From positions 77,062 through 141,061 of the IMG/VR virus record IMGVR_UViG_3300021425_000008: 64,000 nucleotides of DNA, one strand, 5' to 3'. This DNA comes from a virus. A program made the translations under genes and the position numbers. Below, one piece after another: positions 22,508-31,482 of this stretch. The notes beneath the pieces were generated by a model that made no database searches, had not been told where the DNA came from, and saw only the letters and a program-made list of their open reading frames with translations. The stretch's first letter is position 1. Every line of letters starts with the position of its first letter.

Positions 22508-22933
22508 ATGGATAAGTATGAAAAGCTTAATGAAACTTTTGATGTTGAACCCATCGAAGTAAAGAAGGAAGTTAAAAGTGTCGAAAAACAAATCCAAAAA
22601 TTTGAAAACTCCAACGAAGATATCCGTAAAGACTACGAATATACCAGGGGTAATTTATATTCGATCATTGAAAAAGGTCAAGAAGCAATCAATGGCATCT
22701 TAGAACTTGCTCAAGAGAGTGAGATGCCTCGTGCATATGAAGTTGCTGGACAGTTAATTAAAAACGTATCAGACGCAACTGATAAATTGATGGATTTGCA
22801 GAAAAAACTTAAAGATGTAAATGAGGAAAAGGATAAAGGACCTACCTCGGTAACTAATAATGCACTTTTTGTAGGCAGTACCGCAGATTTGCAAAAAATG
22901 TTGAAAAACGTCAACAAAGATCTAAATAGTTAA
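22508..22933 (+). CDS. gp16: Terminase small subunit gp16
   Basis: DYEYTRGNLY, PRAYEV and NNALFVGST. Start placed at ATG 22508 after a GAGGTG SD. Confidence 0.93.
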   Translation: MDKYEKLNETFDVEPIEVKKEVKSVEKQIQKFENSNEDIRKDYEYTRGNLYSIIEKGQEAINGILELAQESEMPRAYEVAGQLIKNVSDATDKLMDLQKKLKDVNEEKDKGPTSVTNNALFVGSTADLQKMLKNVNKDLNS

Positions 22934-22944
22934 AAAGATAGGAG

Positions 22945-23142
22945 ATGGCCGCTACTCCTGTTGTCAACATAGTTATTGCTCAAGGTACAGACTTCAGTGA
23001 AAGTTTTACTTCTACTGAATCTGATGGAAGTGCTTCTAAATTGATCTTTAACACAACCGAGAACAAAGTACAGATGTATCTTGGTTCTGAGTGGAAATCA
23101 TTGGCATTCGAACTGGATACATACACAGCAGTCGGTCTCTGA
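22945..23142 (+). CDS. 65-aa ORF, probably a chimeric remnant (deletion fusion) of two structural genes
   Basis: Has an AGGAG SD and a CTAAATA late promoter at 22922. The N- and C-halves resemble ends of two different cyanophage virion protein families. Confidence 0.55.
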   Translation: MAATPVVNIVIAQGTDFSESFTSTESDGSASKLIFNTTENKVQMYLGSEWKSLAFELDTYTAVGL

Positions 23143-23170
23143 TAAATAATATTAAATACTCCTCAGTTGA

Positions 23171-24466
23171 ATGGCTAAGAACGGCAAGTGTGATGCTGGA
23201 CAGTATTACTGTTACACCGATAAAAAATGTAAGGATATTCCAAAGGGTTTCGATGTAGATCCTAAGGGAATGCTCCGTAAGGAGAATGGTCATACCGTTT
23301 CTGAGGAGGGTCTTCGTGATTGGTTTGGTAAGTCCAAATCTAAAGATGGTAAGAAAGGTTGGGTCAATGTTGTAACAGGTGATTCTTGTGCGAGTGACAA
23401 ACCTGGTGAAGGTATCCCTAAGTGTGTATCTTCATCCAAAAGGGCAAGTATGTCCAAGAAAGAAAGAGTTGCAGCACAGGCTGCTAAGAGAAGAGAAGAT
23501 CCAGGACAACAGAAAAAGTCTGGAGCTTCAAAACCAACAAATGTTAAAACTGACCGTAAGGTAAAAGAGGACATGGACATCAACGAAGCAAAAGACAAGA
23601 AGGGTAAGGGTTCTGGTTCTAAGGATGCTTGTTACCATAAGGTCAAGTCACGTTATTCCGTATGGCCTTCTGCATATGCCTCTGGTGCATTGGTGAAGTG
23701 TCGTAAAGTTGGTGCTGCTAATTGGGGTAACTCAACTAAGAAAGAAGAGTACATGGCTCTTCCTGAGTTTACCGATCTGCAGATCAAAGCAATGAGAGCT
23801 GCTGGTATTGAGGTTGAGGTAATAGACGAGAAGTGCTGGAAGGGATATGAGAAGAAAGGTATGAAGACCATGTTTGGTAAGAGATATCCAAACTGCGTCA
23901 AGAAAGAAGAAGCTACATGTATGGGGAGCAAGAAAGGTGAAGAGTGTCCTATTCACGGGAAGAAAGAGTGTCCTACACTCGAAGAGGCAACAAGAATTCC
24001 TCCTAAAACTGGAAACATCTTTCTGATTTCTTTCTCTTGGAGAGGGAAATATATGAATATGAAACTCTTTTTCCCTGAGGTAAGAAATCCTACAAGATCT
24101 GAAATTCAAGATGCACTTGATAAGTTCTATCCTGGTTGTAATCTTTTGAGATTTGACAAGACAACATTCCAACCCTCGGACTCTGTTCTGAATGTTGGTG
24201 TTAGTGAAGAGGTTGAGGAACTTGAAGAGAAGTCTGCAGCATGGCAGAGAAAGGAAGGAAAAAATCCTGAGGGTGGTCTGAACGAAAAGGGTCGTAAGTC
24301 ATACGAAAGAGAAAATCCTGGTTCTGATCTCAAGGCACCTCAACCAGAAGGTGGTCCAAGAAAGAGATCATTCTGTGCTCGTATGGGTGGAATGAAGGGG
24401 CCTATGAAGGATGAGAAGGGTAGACCAACCCGTAAGGCTTTGGCGTTAAGAAAGTGGAAGTGCTGA
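23171..24466 (+). CDS. Modular Lys/Cys-rich protein, probable internal head polyprotein
   Basis: Basic modules are separated by acidic [ILV]xE linkers; late promoter ATAAATA at 23142. Confidence 0.7.
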   Translation: MAKNGKCDAGQYYCYTDKKCKDIPKGFDVDPKGMLRKENGHTVSEEGLRDWFGKSKSKDGKKGWVNVVTGDSCASDKPGEGIPKCVSSSKRASMSKKERVAAQAAKRREDPGQQKKSGASKPTNVKTDRKVKEDMDINEAKDKKGKGSGSKDACYHKVKSRYSVWPSAYASGALVKCRKVGAANWGNSTKKEEYMALPEFTDLQIKAMRAAGIEVEVIDEKCWKGYEKKGMKTMFGKRYPNCVKKEEATCMGSKKGEECPIHGKKECPTLEEATRIPPKTGNIFLISFSWRGKYMNMKLFFPEVRNPTRSEIQDALDKFYPGCNLLRFDKTTFQPSDSVLNVGVSEEVEELEEKSAAWQRKEGKNPEGGLNEKGRKSYERENPGSDLKAPQPEGGPRKRSFCARMGGMKGPMKDEKGRPTRKALALRKWKC

Positions 24467-24467
24467 T

Positions 24468-24785
24468 ATGAAAAGTTTTAAAGATTTTCTTCAAGAAAGT
24501 GTCAATATTCAACATGTTGATACACTCATTGTAAATGGCTCTGATTCAAACACTCAAAGTGTAGGTGAAGAGTTTTCAGCAGATGTAATGTACCAAGGTA
24601 GTATTCATAGAATTTCTATGGTTACTGAAAATGGTATTCCATCAAAGAATCAACTTGCAGAGTATCTACAAGATGATTACCCTGGTGCTATTGTTCAACA
24701 GATTTATGTAAAAGAGACATCTGATAAATCTATAAAAATCAAAGATGATAAAAGATATCATCCAGCAAAATTAGATTGGGTATAA
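24468..24785 (+). CDS. Putative internal head protein with capsid-targeting-like N-terminus
   Basis: MKSFKDFLQE resembles the T4 internal-protein capsid targeting sequence MKTYQEFIAE. Confidence 0.65.
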   Translation: MKSFKDFLQESVNIQHVDTLIVNGSDSNTQSVGEEFSADVMYQGSIHRISMVTENGIPSKNQLAEYLQDDYPGAIVQQIYVKETSDKSIKIKDDKRYHPAKLDWV

Positions 24786-24788
24786 ATT

Positions 24789-26351
24789 ATGGCACAGTGG
24801 AATAAGACTACACAAGATTATCTAAACCAAGAAAGAAGTTTATTTGAAGTTTATATTTGTGCAGATAGGTACGGTAATATTGATGGATGTAATGGAACTG
24901 CAAGTGGTAGTGGTGCGTTTGGAGAACAAATAGTATCTCAAATCACACCAGTATTTCAACTTGATGCTCTCTACGGATTAGACTCTAATAAGTTTGAAAG
25001 ATATTCTTTTGGAACTGGCATAACAACTTCCAATACTTTGATGACTGCATCAACAGGAACTGGTGCATATGGTTATGGTGTTGTTCGTTCAAAACGAGCA
25101 GTAAGATATAGACCAGGACAAGGTGCTCTTGGAAGATTCACAGCACAGTTTTCTGGTGGTGTAGAAGGATATACACAAAGAGCAGGATTTTTTGCACAAG
25201 AACAAGCACTTCAAGTTGGTTATAGTACTGAAGGAAAATTTGGTATTCTGCGAGAGAATGGTGGTAAAGCACACATTCATAGATTTGAAGTTACAACACC
25301 TACTAGTGGATCAGAAGACATAACAGTCACTCTTGCTGGAACTGCAACTACTGTAACTATTCCATCAGGAACTGCTACTCAAAATGCAACAGGTATTGGA
25401 ACAAATACTTTTTCTGGTTGGATTACTGATTATCAAAATGGATATATTGAATTCTTATCTACAAGTGTAGGACCAAAAACAGGAACATTCTCTATAGTAA
25501 GTTCTGGAACACTTGTAGCAACATCGACAACAGCACAAGCGGGTGTTGCAAATTCAACCAACTGGATATATCAAGATGATTGGAATTTTGATACTCTAAC
25601 AGGTGTTGGTGGAACTACAAACCCATCAGGAGTTACATTAGATCCAACAAAATTGAATGTATATCAAATCAACTTCCGTTGGTTGGGTGCAGGTGAAATG
25701 AGGTTTGCTATTGAAAACCCAACTACTGGTGATATGATGCCCATTCATCACATTCATTATACCAATAGACATAATGATGTTCACCTTGACAACCCATCAC
25801 TTAAACTTGGTTATGTCGCAGCTGAACTAAACGGAAATACTGGTGTTGGTGTAACAGTATCTGGTGCATCTATGTTGGGTGCTATCGAAGGTGTTATTAA
25901 CACAACAACATATCCAATTGGTGCTAGAAGGGCAAAGACGGGTGGTATGAATACTACCGATACAAAATATCATCTACTCACCATTAAAAGTAATTTAATT
26001 GAAAACAATAAAATCAATACCAGAGAACTTTTAATAAAAAGGTTGACTGCTGGAACCACAGCATCTGCATCAGTCCCTTGTACTCTTTATCTTTATATTG
26101 ATCCAACATATTCTACAAATAATTTAGACTTTACCCCTATTGGAAACGCAGCATCATATTCCACAACTGACGCAACAATTACTGGTGGAACTCCAATTGC
26201 TATTTTCAATATTACATCTGGAGCACCTGACCATTTTGACCTAGATAACTTAAGAATTGCACTCCCACCACAAACAAAACTTGCTGTTGCAATCGAAGCA
26301 ACAGGTGTTATGCAATCTGCAAGTTGTGGAGTAACATTTATTGAGGATTAA
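24789..26351 (+). CDS. Hypothetical beta-rich protein, likely virion-associated
   Basis: 520-aa Thr/Gly-rich ORF in the gp16-gp17 variable region, with YRPGQG and FRWLGAG motifs. Confidence 0.7.
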   Translation: MAQWNKTTQDYLNQERSLFEVYICADRYGNIDGCNGTASGSGAFGEQIVSQITPVFQLDALYGLDSNKFERYSFGTGITTSNTLMTASTGTGAYGYGVVRSKRAVRYRPGQGALGRFTAQFSGGVEGYTQRAGFFAQEQALQVGYSTEGKFGILRENGGKAHIHRFEVTTPTSGSEDITVTLAGTATTVTIPSGTATQNATGIGTNTFSGWITDYQNGYIEFLSTSVGPKTGTFSIVSSGTLVATSTTAQAGVANSTNWIYQDDWNFDTLTGVGGTTNPSGVTLDPTKLNVYQINFRWLGAGEMRFAIENPTTGDMMPIHHIHYTNRHNDVHLDNPSLKLGYVAAELNGNTGVGVTVSGASMLGAIEGVINTTTYPIGARRAKTGGMNTTDTKYHLLTIKSNLIENNKINTRELLIKRLTAGTTASASVPCTLYLYIDPTYSTNNLDFTPIGNAASYSTTDATITGGTPIAIFNITSGAPDHFDLDNLRIALPPQTKLAVAIEATGVMQSASCGVTFIED

Positions 26352-26357
26352 TTTTTC

Positions 26358-28022
26358 ATGGCAAGTGACGTATATCTTGGTAATCCCCTTCTTAAGAAGG
26401 CGAATACACCGATTGAATTTACTAAAGAACAAATTGAAGAGTATATTAAGTGTAAGGACGACCCAGTTTACTTTGCACAAAATTACGTCCAGATTGTAAC
26501 CCTGGACCATGGTCTTCAACCATTCAAGACCTATGACTTTCAGGAAAAGTTAATTAAAAACTTCCACGAGAACAGATTTAATATCTGTAAGATGCCTCGA
26601 CAGACTGGTAAGTCTACAACGTGTGTGTCTTATCTTTTACACTACGCAATTTTCAATGATAGTGTTAATATAGGTATCCTGGCAAACAAGGCAACGACTG
26701 CTAGAGAACTTCTTTCAAGACTTGCCACAGCATATGAAAACCTCCCGACATGGATGCAACAAGGAATCTTGGTCTGGAATAAAGGAAACATCGAATTAGA
26801 AAATGGCAGTAAGATATTGGCAGCTTCTACGTCTGCAAGTGCTGTCCGAGGCATGTCGTTTAACATTCTCTTCCTCGACGAATTTGCCTTCGTTCCAAAT
26901 CATATTGCAGATGCGTTCTTTGCCTCTGTTTATCCTACTATTACTTCTGGTAAATCAACGAAGGTAATCATCGTCTCTACCCCACACGGTATGAATCACT
27001 TCTACCGTATGTGGCATGATGCGGAGAAGGGTGCAAACGAATATGTACCGACAGACGTTCATTGGTCAGAAGTTCCTGGTAGGGATGAAGTCTGGAAAGA
27101 ACAGACTATCAAGAACACATCTGAACAACAGTTCAAGATTGAGTTTGAGTGTGAGTTCCTAGGATCTGTTGATACTCTGATTGCACCTAGTAAATTAAAA
27201 GCACTTGTTTACGATAATCCTCTGACACAAAATGCTGGACTTGATGTCCACGAACAACCTAAGAAGGAAAATGACTATGTAATTACCGTTGACGTTGCAA
27301 GGGGTGTTGGAGAGGATTACTCTGCATTCATCGTTGCCGACATTACAACATTCCCACATAAAGTAGTTGCCAAGTATCGTAATAATACGATCAAACCAAT
27401 GTTGTTCCCCAATATCATCTGGGAAGTTGCCAAGTCATATAACAATGCATTCATTCTCTGTGAGGTCAATGACATCGGAGATCAGATTGCTTCAATTCTT
27501 CAATACGATCTTGAGTATCAAAACCTTCTCATGTGTGCCATGAGAGGTAGAGCAGGTCAAGTTGTTGGACAAGGGTTTTCTGGAACTAAAACACAACTTG
27601 GCGTCAAGATGTCTAAGACTGTCAAGAAGGTGGGATCACTCAACCTGAAGACTATGATTGAAGAGAATAAGTTGTTGTTGAATGATTACGAGATTATATC
27701 AGAATTAACTACATTTATTTCGAAAGGAAACTCTTTTGAAGCGGAAGAAGGATGTAATGATGACCTTGCTATGTGTTTGGTCATCTATGCATGGTTGGTA
27801 GCTCAAGATTACTTTAAAGAACTGACTGATCAGGATGTCAGAAAGAGATTATATGAAGAACAAAAGAATCAAATCGAACAGGACATGGCTCCATTTGGTT
27901 TCTTGAATGACGGTCTTGATGATGGGGTATTTGTTGACAATGAGGGAGATAGATGGACCTCTGCTCCAACATATGATGAATATGGAAACACTGCTGGTGG
28001 TTGGACTCTTTGGGATTACTAA
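26358..28022 (+). CDS. gp17: Terminase large subunit gp17
   Basis: PRQTGKST Walker A, LFLDEFAF Walker B, VDVARG and DDLAM nuclease motifs. Confidence 0.98.
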   Translation: MASDVYLGNPLLKKANTPIEFTKEQIEEYIKCKDDPVYFAQNYVQIVTLDHGLQPFKTYDFQEKLIKNFHENRFNICKMPRQTGKSTTCVSYLLHYAIFNDSVNIGILANKATTARELLSRLATAYENLPTWMQQGILVWNKGNIELENGSKILAASTSASAVRGMSFNILFLDEFAFVPNHIADAFFASVYPTITSGKSTKVIIVSTPHGMNHFYRMWHDAEKGANEYVPTDVHWSEVPGRDEVWKEQTIKNTSEQQFKIEFECEFLGSVDTLIAPSKLKALVYDNPLTQNAGLDVHEQPKKENDYVITVDVARGVGEDYSAFIVADITTFPHKVVAKYRNNTIKPMLFPNIIWEVAKSYNNAFILCEVNDIGDQIASILQYDLEYQNLLMCAMRGRAGQVVGQGFSGTKTQLGVKMSKTVKKVGSLNLKTMIEENKLLLNDYEIISELTTFISKGNSFEAEEGCNDDLAMCLVIYAWLVAQDYFKELTDQDVRKRLYEEQKNQIEQDMAPFGFLNDGLDDGVFVDNEGDRWTSAPTYDEYGNTAGGWTLWDY

Positions 28023-28252
28023 TGGATTTAGATGAACAACTAGAAATCAATCACCTATTTCTAACAGACAGAAAGTGTAAGAGTTGTAGAGAGGTCAAGA
28101 ATTTAGTCGATGGGTTTTATAGAACAAGAAAGGATAGAGGGGCGGTTCCTTCCTCATATTCTTATGTGTGTAAGGAGTGTTTTATAGAAGGTGTCAAGGA
28201 ACGAAAGAAGGATAAGTGCCCAAAATCTCGGTGGGAATACCCAGATTGGTGA
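28022..28252 (+). CDS. Small CxxC...CxxC zinc-finger protein
   Basis: TAATG overlap with gp17; KCKSC...YVCKEC. Confidence 0.7.
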   Translation: MDLDEQLEINHLFLTDRKCKSCREVKNLVDGFYRTRKDRGAVPSSYSYVCKECFIEGVKERKKDKCPKSRWEYPDW

Positions 28253-28289
28253 TTTACGTCGTGTTTACCCTCTCAAAACAGTCAAATTT

Positions 28290-28296
28290 CTAAATA
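28290..28296 (+). promoter_or_regulatory. Late promoter (CTAAATA) for gp18
   Basis: TAAATA core upstream of an AGGAG SD and the gp18 start. Confidence 0.7.
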
Positions 28297-28333
28297 TTAG
28301 TAGTTAAACTGAGACCCACAGGAGAGATAGAAA

Positions 28334-30781
28334 ATGCCTACTCCTCAATTATCTCCAGGAGTATTAGTCAGGGAAGTTGACTTAACTGTTGGAAGAGCTG
28401 AGAACGTTCTTGACAACATTGGTGCTATTGCTGGTCCTTTCTCGATCGGACCTGTAAACGAGCCAATTACCATTGAGACTCAACAACAATTCCTCGATAC
28501 TTTTGGACAACCAATCGGCACTGACAGACAGTATGAGTACTGGATGACAGGTAGTTCATTCCTCTCTTACGGTGGAATCCTCAAAGTTGTTAGAGTCGGT
28601 GGTGGTAGCCTGAACAACGCTAATGCTGGTGTTGGAACTGCAGGTGCAACAGTTCTGATTGAGAACCAAGACGATTACGAACTTAATCATCAAGACGACG
28701 CTACTTACTACTACGCAACCAAAAACCCTGGTCAATGGGGTAATGGTCTCAAGGTTTGTACGATTGACAACAAAGCTGACCAAATTATCAGTATTGCATC
28801 CACCAACCCTGGTGCAGAAAATCTGGTAGTTGGATACGGTGTTTCTGTTGCAAGAAACAGTATCAACATCCCTGGTAACGGTGCTGTCAATACATTCACT
28901 GGTCACCTTAAGGGTATCATCACTGGTGTTAACACCGATGCTCAGAACTCAAACAGTTCAATTGAAGTCAGAGTTCTTGAAAGAGTATTCCCAAGAGTTG
29001 ATGATTATCAGACAACTGGTGTCACAACTATTACTACACAGATTAATAGAAACGACACTACCATCTTCATCAACAGTTCTGCAGGACTTACGACAGCAGC
29101 TGTTAATGCAGGTACTCAGTTCCTGACAATTCCAGGTGCAAATAGTAATTTTAATGTTACTGGTTTCGGTGCAACTTTTGTTAGTGTTGGTTCATCAATC
29201 GGTGTTTCAACTGTCACAGTTGGTCAAGGAGTTACATTCCAGAATCGGGTTTCAACTGCAGGTACAGTCACTCCTGTTACCTATCAACAGTCCTTTGACG
29301 GTGCATCATTCAAAGCTAATGATGATTTAACAATCACACCTTCGACTGGAGTCGCATATACAACTACAATTTCTGGTGGTTCTGTAACCGACTGGTATGA
29401 TGCACAGACACTTGGTCTGACAAACTCAACACTGTACTGGAAGAACATTGCTCCTAGACCTGTTGATACTCAGTACGTTACCCAGAGAAAGGGTAGTAAC
29501 GACGCACTTCACATCGTTGTCGTAGATGATACGGGTGACGTAACAGGTGTCCAGGGTAACATCCTTGAGAGATTCCTCTCACTGTCTAAAGCTTCTGATG
29601 CTGAGGCAGATGCAGATGCACCTACCAAGACATTCTATAAGGATTACCTGTCACTTAATTCTAAGTATATCTTCGCTGGTTACAACCCATCAATCAAAGA
29701 AGATACAATCCGCAACGTAATTCCAAGAGCTTCAGGTTTCTCAACCAGCTTCACACCCTACACAACCACTGAGGGTCTCTGGGGACAAACCGCAGCAAAT
29801 AGTAACTTTGCTGCACTTGGTGCTGTTTCTTACTCACTCGTTAATGGTAGTGATTATCAGTCTGGTGGTGGTATGGAAGCCACACTTGGTGACCTGATCA
29901 CTGGTTACAACTACTTCTCTAACAGAGATGAGATCGCAGTTGATTATCTGATCATGGGTCCTGGTCTGGCTCTTGAGAGTCAGTCACAAGCTAAGGCTAA
30001 CTATCTGGTCTCCATCGCAAGTCAAAGAAAAGACTGTGTTGCAACAATTTCTCCACATAGAGATAACGTTGTAAACGTCACTAACTCCAACACTGCAACG
30101 AATAATCTCCTTCAGTACTACGCTCCAATCTCTTCATCGTCTTACGCTGTTCTCGATTCGGGTTACAAGTACACCTTCGATAGATTCAACAACCAGTTCC
30201 GTTACATCCCAACTAACGGTGACATTGCTGGTCTGATGGTCAGAACTTCAATCCAATCATATCCTTGGTTCTCACCTGCTGGTCTCCAGAGAGGTATTCT
30301 GAACAACGCAGTCAAACTGGCATACAACCCAACGAAGAACCAGAGAGATCAACTCTATGGTTCTCGAATCAACTCGATTATCACACAAAGAGGAGCTGGT
30401 ACTGTTCTGTTCGGTGATAAGACAGCTCTGGGTTACGCTTCTGCGTTTGATAGAATCAACGTTAGAAGACTGTTCCTGACTGTTGAACAAGCACTTGAAG
30501 GAGCTGCACACACTCAACTCTTCGAACTTAACGATTCAAACACGAGAGCTAATTTCGTGAACATCGTTGAACCTTACCTCCGTGACGTTCAAGCGAAGAG
30601 AGGTCTCTATGACTTCCTGGTAGTTTGTGACGAGACAAACAACACACCTGATGTCATTGATAACAATGAGTTCAGAGCAGACATCTTCCTGAAACCAACC
30701 AAGTCTATCAACTACGTCACCCTGACGTTCGTTGCAACCAGAACTGGTGTTGACTTCCAGGAAGTCGTTGGTACTGTTTGA
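28334..30781 (+). CDS. gp18: Tail sheath protein gp18
   Basis: LSPGVLVREVDLT, PWFSPAG, FDRINVRRLF and CDETNNTPDVID. Confidence 0.98.
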   Translation: MPTPQLSPGVLVREVDLTVGRAENVLDNIGAIAGPFSIGPVNEPITIETQQQFLDTFGQPIGTDRQYEYWMTGSSFLSYGGILKVVRVGGGSLNNANAGVGTAGATVLIENQDDYELNHQDDATYYYATKNPGQWGNGLKVCTIDNKADQIISIASTNPGAENLVVGYGVSVARNSINIPGNGAVNTFTGHLKGIITGVNTDAQNSNSSIEVRVLERVFPRVDDYQTTGVTTITTQINRNDTTIFINSSAGLTTAAVNAGTQFLTIPGANSNFNVTGFGATFVSVGSSIGVSTVTVGQGVTFQNRVSTAGTVTPVTYQQSFDGASFKANDDLTITPSTGVAYTTTISGGSVTDWYDAQTLGLTNSTLYWKNIAPRPVDTQYVTQRKGSNDALHIVVVDDTGDVTGVQGNILERFLSLSKASDAEADADAPTKTFYKDYLSLNSKYIFAGYNPSIKEDTIRNVIPRASGFSTSFTPYTTTEGLWGQTAANSNFAALGAVSYSLVNGSDYQSGGGMEATLGDLITGYNYFSNRDEIAVDYLIMGPGLALESQSQAKANYLVSIASQRKDCVATISPHRDNVVNVTNSNTATNNLLQYYAPISSSSYAVLDSGYKYTFDRFNNQFRYIPTNGDIAGLMVRTSIQSYPWFSPAGLQRGILNNAVKLAYNPTKNQRDQLYGSRINSIITQRGAGTVLFGDKTALGYASAFDRINVRRLFLTVEQALEGAAHTQLFELNDSNTRANFVNIVEPYLRDVQAKRGLYDFLVVCDETNNTPDVIDNNEFRADIFLKPTKSINYVTLTFVATRTGVDFQEVVGTV

Positions 30782-30813
30782 TTTTTTATTAAATAACTAC
30801 GGAGGATTAACCA

Positions 30814-31446
30814 ATGGCTGAAACAAAAACACTTTCACAATTTAAGACCAGACTTCAAGGCGGGGGTGCCCGCCCTAACCTATTTGAAGTCTCTATCCCA
30901 TCCTTCCCCTCGGCAATCACTGAGGCCTGGGGAAGTGGCGATACTGCAGAGAACGGCACTTTCAAGTTCCTTTGTAAAGCTGCTCAGCTCCCTGCTTCTA
31001 ACACCAATTCATTTGAAGTTCCTTTCAGAGGAAGACAACTGAAAATTGCTGGTGATAGAACGTTCGATGCATGGACAGTTAGAGTCATCAATGATGAGGA
31101 CTTCCAACTCAGAACAGCATTCGAAAGATGGGCAAACGTCATCAGTAAACTTGATGATGCAACTGGTGTTACCAACCCATCGTCTTACATGACCGATGCA
31201 TTCGTAACTCAACTCGGTAGAAGTGCTGAGAGATTCTCTACTACCAATGCTGGTGGTGAATCTTCAGTATTGAGAACTTACAAGTTCTTCGATATCTTCC
31301 CAACACAGATCGGTGCAATCGAACTGAGTTATGATAATGGTGATCAGCTCGAAGAGTTTGATATCACCTTTGACGTTCAGTACTTCACCATCGGTAACTC
31401 ACAAGAGTCTACCGCAGGTAATGCTGGAGAGGTTCTGATTGAATGA
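30814..31446 (+). CDS. gp19: Tail tube protein gp19
   Basis: GGARPNLFEV and PFRGRQLKIAGDRTFDAW. Confidence 0.97.
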   Translation: MAETKTLSQFKTRLQGGGARPNLFEVSIPSFPSAITEAWGSGDTAENGTFKFLCKAAQLPASNTNSFEVPFRGRQLKIAGDRTFDAWTVRVINDEDFQLRTAFERWANVISKLDDATGVTNPSSYMTDAFVTQLGRSAERFSTTNAGGESSVLRTYKFFDIFPTQIGAIELSYDNGDQLEEFDITFDVQYFTIGNSQESTAGNAGEVLIE

Positions 31447-31482
31447 TAAATAACTAGACAAGAAGTCTAGTATTTAAATATA

